The position numbers and the translations under genes are program-made. DNA of 48,151 nucleotides from Deltaproteobacteria bacterium (GTDB lineage: Bacteria; Desulfobacterota; GWC2-55-46; UBA9637). The stretch is taken from assembly GCA_016200645.1 (NCBI GenBank), contig JACQEJ010000096.1:1-48151 (forward strand). Reading direction: 5' to 3'. Positions 23,448-30,782 of this stretch are shown here, one piece after another (the first letter of the stretch is position 1; each line of letters begins with the position of its first letter). The notes beneath the pieces were generated by a model that was not told where the DNA came from, searched no databases, and saw nothing but the letters and a program-made list of their open reading frames with translations.

Positions 23448-25903
23448 TTGATGCCTCCTTCCTCTCCTCTAATTTCTATGCCGAATTTATCTTTTAAGCC
23501 TTTTAATATTGCCAAGTGGGCGCTATTCACTTCCTCATCGGTCAATGTTCTATCCGGAGAACGATACAGAAAGCGAAGGGCGATGCTCACTTTGTCTTGC
23601 GGGATATGTTCACCGTAGTATACATCAAAAACATTAACTTCTTCAAGGAGTTTCATATCCAGCGCTTTGACAAAATGATAAACCTCCTGGAACGAAATCT
23701 CCTTATCTATTATCATTGCCGCATCCCTGACTATCGTAGGATATGTAGGGAGAGAAGCGTATCTTTTTTTTCTGTGGGAAGCTATGAGAATGGCATTCAT
23801 GCCAAGCTCAAATATATGCACAGGCTGTTTGATATCCAGCCGCTGCATGGCATCAGGATGAATTTCTCCTATTATTCCGAGTCTCCGGTTGGATACCTCA
23901 ATCACAGCGGCCTTGCCAGGGTGCAGGAACGGGATATCTCCCCTGGGGATAAAGGCATACCTGTCAATGCCCAGCCCTGTCAAAACCTGTTCCGCTGCGC
24001 CTTTTATATCGTAAAAATCCGCAGCCTCCCTGCCGGTATTCCATGCCTCGCCGTATCTGAGGCCGCTTATCAAACCGCTTACGAGCTCCCTCTCTTCGGT
24101 TTCCTTCCCCTTTGGGATAAATATCTTGCCGATCTCAAAAATCTTTATGTCGCGATTATTGTAATTCAAATTATACTGCAGGGTTTGCAAAAGACAGGGG
24201 ATAAGACTCTGCCTCATCACAGATTGTTCGTCTGTTAATGGATTTATCAGCGCCAATCCGCTTTTTATATCAGGTGTTGTAATCTCAAAAAACTTTGGTG
24301 ACAGAAAGCTATAATTGACAGCCTCGAGAAAACCATTGTTGATTAAAATATCCCTCGCCTTTTCTCTTAGCAAATCCGCCCCTTTTGTTTTACGGGTTGA
24401 TAATCCTGCTGCCGGAAGGATGGCGGGGATATTTTCATAGCCGTAGAGCCTTGCAATTTCTTCTATGATATCTATCTCTTTGAGCAAGTCCACCCTGAAC
24501 GCAGGCGGTATAACATTCCATGCCGTCTGCTGCCTGCTGCCTGTTGCCTTACAGGCGATGCTGAGTCTCTTCAAGCAATCCTCAACCTCTTTTTTCTTTA
24601 TATCAATGCCGAGGAGTTTATTTATTCGGGAAAGTCTTACTTTAATCGCTGCGGGTTTGTGCGGCCTGGGGTATTTATCAACGGCTCCATCTGCTATATT
24701 TCCGCCTGCCAGTGCAGCGATCATCCGGGCAGCCCTGTCCAATGCCTTTGCCACGCCCTCTATGTCGGCGCCCCGCTCAAATCTGTAAGATGACTCGGTA
24801 GAAATCCCCAATGCCTTTGATGTCCTCCGCACACAGGCAGGATCAAAATATGCGCTCTCCAGCAGGATATTTTTTGTTGTCTCCCGTATCTCCGATCCCT
24901 TTCCGCCCATAATCCCTGCCAGGGCAACAGGCCTCTCCTTATCAGCAATAACAAGCATATCCCTGGTAAGCGCCCTGTCAATGCCATCAAGGGTCTGAAG
25001 CCTTTCATTTTCTTTCGCCATTCTTACCACGATCTGTTTGCCGGAAATAAGGTCGTAGTCAAACGCATGCAAGGGGTGGCCGTATTCGAGCATCACATAA
25101 TTGGTCGCATCCACCACATTGTTTATTGCTCTGAAGCCGAGAAACTCAAGTCTCTGCTTAAGCCAGACCGGCGAAGGGCCGATTTGAACATTTTCAATAA
25201 TCTGCGCGGCATATCGTCTGCAAAGAGAAGGTTCAGCAATGGAAACGTACGGGAGTTTTGTGTGTTGCGTTTTGCGTTTTGCGTTTTTACTCCTGACTCC
25301 TGACTTCTGACTCCTGACCGTAGCGCCTGTTATCGCGGCTATTTCTCTGGCAATCCCAATAATGGATAAACAATCCGGCCTGTTCGGCGTGACATTTATA
25401 TTGAAGATAAAATCATTTAAACCGGTTGCCTCTGTAAAATTTTTGCCGATGGGAAAATCTTGCGGCAGAATCATTATGCCAACCCCCTCGTGCCCCCCTT
25501 TTTCTAAAGGGGGGACGTGGGGGGTTAGCCCCAACTCAGCTTCGGAACACATCATGCCTTCGGATTCCACGCCCCTTATCTTTGTCTTCTCTATTTTTAT
25601 GCCTTTGGGCAACGTTGCCCCGGGAAGCGCCAGAGCGACTTTGTCGCCTGCCTTCATATTTTTTGCGCCGCAGACAATGGAGTGGACCCCTTTATCGGTC
25701 TTTACCTTGCAGAATGAAAGCCTGTCGGCATTTGGATGTTTTTCTACAGAGAGGATTTGGGCTATCACAACACCTTTTATATCTTTACCCGGCGCCTCAA
25801 TGCCTTCCACCTCAAAACCAGCCATGGTTAATTGTTCAGCCAGTTGAACAGGTGAGGGAATCGCTCTTATATATTCTTTAAGCCAGTTGTAGCTTATCTT
25901 CAT
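23444..25903 (-). CDS. pheT: Phenylalanine--tRNA ligase beta subunit
   Basis: MKISYNWLKEY N-terminus, tRNA-binding, B3/4, B5 and FDX-ACB regions. 819 aa, including two repeat insertions. Confidence 0.95.
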   Translation of the reverse strand: MKISYNWLKEYIRAIPSPVQLAEQLTMAGFEVEGIEAPGKDIKGVVIAQILSVEKHPNADRLSFCKVKTDKGVHSIVCGAKNMKAGDKVALALPGATLPKGIKIEKTKIRGVESEGMMCSEAELGLTPHVPPLEKGGHEGVGIMILPQDFPIGKNFTEATGLNDFIFNINVTPNRPDCLSIIGIAREIAAITGATVRSQKSGVRSKNAKRKTQHTKLPYVSIAEPSLCRRYAAQIIENVQIGPSPVWLKQRLEFLGFRAINNVVDATNYVMLEYGHPLHAFDYDLISGKQIVVRMAKENERLQTLDGIDRALTRDMLVIADKERPVALAGIMGGKGSEIRETTKNILLESAYFDPACVRRTSKALGISTESSYRFERGADIEGVAKALDRAARMIAALAGGNIADGAVDKYPRPHKPAAIKVRLSRINKLLGIDIKKKEVEDCLKRLSIACKATGSRQQTAWNVIPPAFRVDLLKEIDIIEEIARLYGYENIPAILPAAGLSTRKTKGADLLREKARDILINNGFLEAVNYSFLSPKFFEITTPDIKSGLALINPLTDEQSVMRQSLIPCLLQTLQYNLNYNNRDIKIFEIGKIFIPKGKETEERELVSGLISGLRYGEAWNTGREAADFYDIKGAAEQVLTGLGIDRYAFIPRGDIPFLHPGKAAVIEVSNRRLGIIGEIHPDAMQRLDIKQPVHIFELGMNAILIASHRKKRYASLPTYPTIVRDAAMIIDKEISFQEVYHFVKALDMKLLEEVNVFDVYYGEHIPQDKVSIALRFLYRSPDRTLTDEEVNSAHLAILKGLKDKFGIEIRGEEGGIK
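25267..25318. repeat. In-frame tandem heptamers (GCGTTTT)x3 + (CTCCTGA)x4 inside pheT
   Basis: gcgttttgcgttttgcgtttttactcctgactcctgacttctgactcctgac. Encodes VRSQKSGVRSKNAKRKTQ on the minus strand. Confidence 0.9.
25481..25526. repeat. Palindromic element family P2, in frame inside pheT
   Basis: aaccccctcgtgcccccctttttctaaaggggggacgtggggggtt. Encodes TPHVPPLEKGGHEGVG after the conserved MCSEAELGL. Confidence 0.85.
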
Positions 25904-25913
25904 AGGAGAAATA

Positions 25914-25987
25914 GGCTGAGGGCTGATGGCTGAAGGAAGAATAATTTTTGCTTCTATCTACAGCCTAATTTTCTTCAGCCTTCAGTC
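25914..25987. repeat. Intergenic mirrored hairpin (GGCTGAAGG words) between pheS and pheT
   Basis: Left arm ggctgagggctgatggctgaagg, right arm cagcctaattttcttcagccttcagtc. Confidence 0.85.
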
Positions 25988-25990
25988 TTT

Positions 25991-27007
25991 CTAAAACTGC
26001 TTCAAAAACCTCACATCATTTTCAAAAAAGAGCCTTATATCGTCTATACCGAACTTAAGCATTGCAATGCGCTCAATGCCAAGACCGAATGCAAAACCGG
26101 TAAATTTTTCAGCGTCATATTCCACAGCCTTGAACACCATGGGATGAATCATACCTGCCCCCAGTATCTCCAGCCAGCCGCTTCCTTTGCATACCCTGCA
26201 TCCCTTGCCACTGCACATAACGCATTGAATATCCACCTCAGCGCTCGGCTCTGTAAAAGGGAAAAAGCTCGGCCTGAAACGGATGGCCATATCTTCTCTA
26301 AAGAGAGAATGCAGAAATGCGCTCAGAACACCTTTGAGGTCGCCAAAGGTAATCGCTTCATCCACCATGAATCCTTCCACCTGATGGAACATGGGGGTAT
26401 GAGTTACATCCGAATCTCTTCTGTATACCTTGCCGGGGGCAATTACCCTTAAAGGAGGTTTTTGTTCCTTCATTACCCTTATCTGCACAGGGGAGGTGTG
26501 GGTGCGGAGAAGCGCATCAGCGCTTATATAAAAGGTATCCTGCATGTCCCTTGCAGGATGATCTTTGGGCATGTTAAGGGCTTCAAAATTGTAATAATCG
26601 GTTTCAACCTCAGGGCCTTCTGCAATTTCAAACCCCATCCCGGAAAATATCCTTATCACCTCATCCATTACCTGTGTGACCGGGTGTCTTTTCCCTAAGG
26701 GGATATATCTTCCGGGCAGGGTTACATCAATTTTTTCAGCTTTGAGTTTTTCTTCTCGCTCGTTTTGCAGCAAGGCTGTTAGAAGGCTCTGTATTCTCTC
26801 CTCTATGCTGCCGCGTATCCTGTTTATTAATTCCCCGATAATTGGCCGTTCTTCCGGCGGGAATTTGCCCAATTCTTTGGTAAGCGCGGCCAACTCCCCT
26901 TTTCTTCCGAGGTATTTATTTTTAAGTTCAAGCACAGCCTCCTTGCCTTTAACAGAGGCAACCTCTTCAAAGGCAGCCTTTTCTAACTGGAGAAGCTTGT
27001 CCCTCAT
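25991..27007 (-). CDS. pheS: Phenylalanine--tRNA ligase alpha subunit
   Basis: [23 protein letters not shown] and [13 protein letters not shown] class II motifs; 338 aa. Confidence 0.95.
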   Translation of the reverse strand: MRDKLLQLEKAAFEEVASVKGKEAVLELKNKYLGRKGELAALTKELGKFPPEERPIIGELINRIRGSIEERIQSLLTALLQNEREEKLKAEKIDVTLPGRYIPLGKRHPVTQVMDEVIRIFSGMGFEIAEGPEVETDYYNFEALNMPKDHPARDMQDTFYISADALLRTHTSPVQIRVMKEQKPPLRVIAPGKVYRRDSDVTHTPMFHQVEGFMVDEAITFGDLKGVLSAFLHSLFREDMAIRFRPSFFPFTEPSAEVDIQCVMCSGKGCRVCKGSGWLEILGAGMIHPMVFKAVEYDAEKFTGFAFGLGIERIAMLKFGIDDIRLFFENDVRFLKQF

Positions 27008-27363
27008 GCGGATAGACTTGCCTTTGCCACGGAAACAATCTGGGAAAAACCGCGCGGGTCATTGAGCGCAAGATGGGCAAGATTTTTCCTGTCCACTCCT
27101 ATATTGGCTTTTTTCAGCCCCTGCATGAGCTTGCTGTAGGATATTTCATTTAATCTCGCCGCGGCGTTTATCCGGGCTATCCAGAGGTTTCTAAACTCTC
27201 TCTTCTTTGCCTTTCTGTCCCTGTATGCATAGGCAAGGGCGCGGTCAACCGCCTCTGTGGCAATGCGGTATAATCTGCCCCTGGCCCCCCTCATTCCCTT
27301 GGCGGCTTTCAGAATCTTTCTTCTCTTTTTCTTAGCATGAACGGCTCTTTTAACCCTCGGCAT
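27004..27363 (-). CDS. rplT: 50S ribosomal protein L20
   Basis: [25 protein letters not shown]; 119 aa. Overlaps the pheS start by 4 nt. Confidence 0.95.
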   Translation of the reverse strand: MPRVKRAVHAKKKRRKILKAAKGMRGARGRLYRIATEAVDRALAYAYRDRKAKKREFRNLWIARINAAARLNEISYSKLMQGLKKANIGVDRKNLAHLALNDPRGFSQIVSVAKASLSA

Positions 27364-27418
27364 ATATTTGAAACTCCTTTCTGTATAATTTAGACTTTAG
27401 AGATTATATTTTAATACA

Positions 27419-27512
27419 GGTTGAGGTTAAGATTAAGGTTAAGAGGCTAAAAGATTAAGAGGTTTAAAACCTTTTCACCTTTTTGCCTTTTCATCTCTTA
27501 ACCTTAACCTGT
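27419..27512. repeat. Mirrored hairpin (GGTTAAG words) between rpmI and rplT
   Basis: Left arm ggttgaggttaagattaaggttaagaggctaaaagattaagagg, right arm aaccttttcacctttttgccttttcatctcttaaccttaacc. Confidence 0.85.
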
Positions 27513-27520
27513 TTTTTTTA

Positions 27521-27718
27521 CTACCCATACGGCAGCAGCTTTTTTATCTGGTCATGATTTGCCTTTTCAACATATACGGCCTTTCTCATAGTCCGCGATG
27601 TCCTTGCGGAATTGGACAATAAGAGATGCCTGCGGCCTGCCTTTGACCGCTTTAGCTTCCCTGTGCCAGTAATGCGGAACCTTTTTGCAGCGCCGCTGTT
27701 TGTCTTCATCTTTGGCAT
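27521..27718 (-). CDS. rpmI: 50S ribosomal protein L35
   Basis: MPKMKTNSGAAKRF. GGAGG RBS upstream of the ATG at 27718. The longer ORF start at 27751 is rejected. Confidence 0.9.
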   Translation of the reverse strand: MPKMKTNSGAAKRFRITGTGKLKRSKAGRRHLLLSNSARTSRTMRKAVYVEKANHDQIKKLLPYG

Positions 27719-27735
27719 AGTTTCCTCCCTTTTTA

Positions 27736-27802
27736 AAGTTTCAAGTTGCAAGATTCAAGTTTCAAGTCTTTACTTACAACTTGCAACTTGTGACTTGCAA
27801 CT
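27736..27802. repeat. Mirrored heptamer hairpin (AAGTTGC/TTCAAGT words) between infC and rpmI
   Basis: Left arm aagtttcaagttgcaagattcaagtttcaagtc, right arm acttacaacttgcaacttgtgacttgcaact. Confidence 0.85.
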
Positions 27803-27803
27803 A

Positions 27804-28316
27804 TTATTTCCCTGCCGGGGCGATCACCATAGTCAGGCTTTTCCCCTCCATGCGCGGGTGTTGTTCTACCACGCCTTTATCTTTGATTATATCTGCCACC
27901 CTTTTAAGCATTTCCCTTCCGAGATCAATATGGGCCATCTCTCTTCCCCTGAATACAATGGTAATCTTTGCCTTATCTCCGTCAGCCAAAAACCTTTCTA
28001 TATGCCGCATCTTAAATTGAAAATCATGTTCATCTGTTCCTGACCGCAGTTTGACTTCTTTCAGATGGATGACGGTCTGTTTCTTTTTTGCCTCGTGCGC
28101 CCGCTTGCTCATCTGGTATTTATATTTTCCATAATCCATGATCCTGCACACCGGAGGATTGGCATTGGGCGATATTTCCACCAGGTCTAAGCCCGCTTCT
28201 TCCGCCAGTTTTATACCATCCCGCGGCGCCATGATGCCCAACTGTTTTCCCTCCTGGTCAAGCACCCTTACCTGCGGCGCCCGTATCCATCTGTTTATTC
28301 GTGTATGATCTTTTAT
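27804..28316 (-). CDS. infC: Translation initiation factor IF-3, non-canonical ATA start
   Basis: Conserved IF-3 N-terminus IKDHTRINRWIRAPQVRVLDQEG lies upstream of the first GTG/ATG. GGAGG 28328-28324 is 7 nt before the ATA at 28316-28314, and no canonical start occurs in frame there. Confidence 0.8.
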   Translation of the reverse strand: MKDHTRINRWIRAPQVRVLDQEGKQLGIMAPRDGIKLAEEAGLDLVEISPNANPPVCRIMDYGKYKYQMSKRAHEAKKKQTVIHLKEVKLRSGTDEHDFQFKMRHIERFLADGDKAKITIVFRGREMAHIDLGREMLKRVADIIKDKGVVEQHPRMEGKSLTMVIAPAGK

Positions 28317-28340
28317 AACACCACCTCCGTTTTAGAAATA

Positions 28341-28383
28341 GTGAGCAGTAAAAACTGCTCACTGTTCACTGCTTACTGTTCAC
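28341..28383. repeat. Hairpin plus CACTGTT heptamer tract at the thrS 3' end
   Basis: gtgagcag-taaaaa-ctgctcac, then tgttcactgcttactgttcac. The last ThrS codons (VNSKQ*) are repeat-encoded. Confidence 0.8.
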
Positions 28384-30285
28384 GGTAGTATCCACAAGCC
28401 CTATAAACGCTTCCACCGTCATCGGCTCCAGCGTATTGCCGCTCCTTGCCCTTGGAGCAACCACCCTTTTTTCTTCTTCACTATTGCCTATTACAAGCAT
28501 ATACGGAATCTTTTTTAACTGCGCCTCTCTTATCTTGAGTCCAAGTTTTTCATTTCGTATATCCAGCTCTGCGCGTATATCATGGCCGCGCAGGGCATTA
28601 TACACCTGCTGAGCGTAATCGTTGTTTTTTTCAGTAACCGTCAGTATGACAGCCTGCACAGGGGCAAGCCATAAGGGAAATGCGCCTGCATAATGCTCTA
28701 TCAAAACACCAAAAAACCTTTCCAGAGAACCCATAAGGGCCCTGTGTATCATTATGGGCTGATGTTCTTTTCCATCCTCTCCGCGGCAGGTTACATTAAA
28801 TCTTTGAGGGAGATTGAAATCAACCTGGATGGTTGAACACTGCCACGCCCTGTCAAGCACGTCCTTTATTTTTATGTCTATCTTAGGGCCGTAGAAAACA
28901 CCCTCACCGGGGTCAACTTGAAATGGAATCCCTGTTTTTTCCAAGGCAGACCTTAACGCATCCTCTGCCTTCGCCCAGTTATCCAGAGTCCCGACAAATT
29001 TTTCAGGCCTTGTGGAAAGATATATATCGTAGGTATTAAACCCGAAACTCCTTAATATGTAAAGGGTAAAATTCAATACATTGCCAATCTCTTCTTCCAG
29101 TTGATCCGGCCTGCAGAATATATGGGCGTCATCCTGTGTGAACCCCCGTACACGCAGCAAACCGTGCAGTACACCTGATCGCTCAAATCTGTAAACTGTT
29201 CCAAGCTCTGCATAACGGATGGGCAAATCCCTGTAGCTTCGAAGCCGGCTCTGGTATATCTGTATATGAAACGGGCAGTTCATCGGCTTCACGATAAAAT
29301 CCTGGCCCTCGATATCCATCGGCGAATATAAATTTTCCCGGTAAAAATCCCAATGCCCGCTCGTCTTCCATAAATCCACTTTGGCGATATGCGGCGTATA
29401 GATAATTTGATAGCCGTGCTTGTAATGCTCCTTTTTCCAGAAATCCTCTATTATGCCTCTGACAATAGCGCCGCTCGGATGCCAGCACACAAGTCCGGCG
29501 CCCACATCATCGTTTATACTGAAGAGGTCCAACTCCTTTCCGAGCTTTCTGTGGTCTCTCTTTTTTGCCTCTTCTATCCTGTAAAGATAGTCGTCCAGTT
29601 CTTTCTTTGTTGGGAATGCTGTGCCGTATATCCTCTGAAGCATCTTGTTCTTTTCATTGCCGCGCCAATATGCGCCTGCAATGCTCGTTAATTTAAACGC
29701 CTTGATCCAACCGGTTGACGGCAGGTGCGACCCGCGGCACAAATCCGCAAAGCCGTCCTGCTTATACACGGAAACTTTGTCTTCCGGTATTTCGTTTATC
29801 AGCTCCTGTTTATAGCTCTCGCCCATGCTGCCGAAAAATTCCAACGCCTCTTTTTTACTGAGATCTCTCCGCTCTATTCGTATATCCTTTTTCACAATCT
29901 CCTGCATCCGCTTTTCTATCTTCTCCAAATCTTCGGGAATGAATGGCCGGGACGAATCAAAATCATAATAAAAGCCGTCTTCTATCGCCGGGCCGATGGC
30001 AACCTTTACATCGCCAAAAAGCTCCTTCACCGCCTGAGCCATGACATGGGACGCAGAGTGGCGGTAAATCTCAAGCCCTTCTTTTGAATCTACGGCGATG
30101 GGTTTTATAACGCTGTCCTCATGTAATGGAGATGAGAGGTCAACATATCTCCCATTAACCTCTGCTGCCACAGAAGTCTTCAGAAGTCCCTTGTCAAACT
30201 CCTTGATAATATCCCTTGCCGTAACATCTGCTGGATATTCTCTTTCTTTCCCGTCAGGGAAAATTATTTTGATTAAACTGCCCAT
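28366..30285 (-). CDS. thrS: Threonine--tRNA ligase
   Basis: TGS domain N-terminus, HRKLGKELDLF and RVRGFTQDDAHIFC motifs, anticodon-binding C-terminus; 639 aa. Confidence 0.95.
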   Translation of the reverse strand: MGSLIKIIFPDGKEREYPADVTARDIIKEFDKGLLKTSVAAEVNGRYVDLSSPLHEDSVIKPIAVDSKEGLEIYRHSASHVMAQAVKELFGDVKVAIGPAIEDGFYYDFDSSRPFIPEDLEKIEKRMQEIVKKDIRIERRDLSKKEALEFFGSMGESYKQELINEIPEDKVSVYKQDGFADLCRGSHLPSTGWIKAFKLTSIAGAYWRGNEKNKMLQRIYGTAFPTKKELDDYLYRIEEAKKRDHRKLGKELDLFSINDDVGAGLVCWHPSGAIVRGIIEDFWKKEHYKHGYQIIYTPHIAKVDLWKTSGHWDFYRENLYSPMDIEGQDFIVKPMNCPFHIQIYQSRLRSYRDLPIRYAELGTVYRFERSGVLHGLLRVRGFTQDDAHIFCRPDQLEEEIGNVLNFTLYILRSFGFNTYDIYLSTRPEKFVGTLDNWAKAEDALRSALEKTGIPFQVDPGEGVFYGPKIDIKIKDVLDRAWQCSTIQVDFNLPQRFNVTCRGEDGKEHQPIMIHRALMGSLERFFGVLIEHYAGAFPLWLAPVQAVILTVTEKNNDYAQQVYNALRGHDIRAELDIRNEKLGLKIREAQLKKIPYMLVIGNSEEEKRVVAPRARSGNTLEPMTVEAFIGLVDTTVNSKQ

Positions 30286-30348
30286 GTCAGTTGAAAAAGA
30301 TTGAGCTTACGCATAAAAATAACAAAAGGCATCAACCCTGTAGAAAAT

Positions 30349-30417
30349 GTAGCGTTGGGGTTTATCCCCAACGATTTCCGTTGCCGCGCCCAGAGGGCAC
30401 CCGGGGCAACGCTACTT
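30349..30417. repeat. GC-rich REP-like element (family P3) with alternative pairings in the tRNA-Val/thrS spacer
   Basis: gtagcgttg pairs with caacgctac. There are also an internal ttgggg/ccccaa hairpin and a gttgcc/ggcaac pairing. The core 20-mer 30384-30403 recurs inverted at 40272-40291. Confidence 0.75.
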
Positions 30418-30570
30418 TAAAATAGGGATGACACCTTTTGAATTTTAATCCTGCAAAATCCTTCTCCGTTGTTTAATGTAGCTGCCCAATCGGGGCGCCC
30501 ATTGCAGCGCAATGGGTCGGGCGTATTCAAAAACGCCGATAAATCGGCAAACTACCATGCTGTTTTGAAA

Positions 30571-30646
30571 TGGTAGGCACGGGCGGTCTCGAACCGCCGA
30601 CCTCTACCGTGTCAAGGTAGCGCTCTAACCCCTGAGCTACGCGCCT
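30571..30646 (-). tRNA. tRNA-Val (anticodon GAC)
   Basis: Hand-folded cloverleaf: AGGCGCG acceptor, GCTC/GAGC D stem, CTACC-TTGACAC-GGTAG anticodon arm, GGCGG-TTCGAGA-CCGCC T arm, encoded CCA; 76 nt. Confidence 0.9.
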
Positions 30647-30678
30647 GAAAACTATTAAGGCAAAAACAAGCAAAAAGA

Positions 30679-30706
30679 ATTTTATCACAAAGGACAAGAC
30701 TGTCAA
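30679..30706 (-). promoter_or_regulatory. Sigma70-like promoter upstream of tRNA-Val (and possibly thrS-infC-rpmI-rplT-pheST)
   Basis: On the minus strand: TTGACA (30706-30701), 16-nt spacer, TAAAAT (30684-30679). About 30 nt upstream of the tRNA 5' end. Confidence 0.45.
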
Positions 30707-30782
30707 GGAAATTATTGAAGAATATCAAAGAGATGTCTGGGGTTTGATTTTCCTGCGCTTATTTTTCAGGGAGAAGGAAATA

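Noticed and set aside
30286-30570. T-box or tRNA-mimic operator controlling thrS in the 285-nt spacer after tRNA-Val.
   Set aside because: I could not find a T-box consensus, a specifier loop or a Thr anticodon-arm mimic. The structured parts match dispersed GC-rich repeats (family P3) instead.
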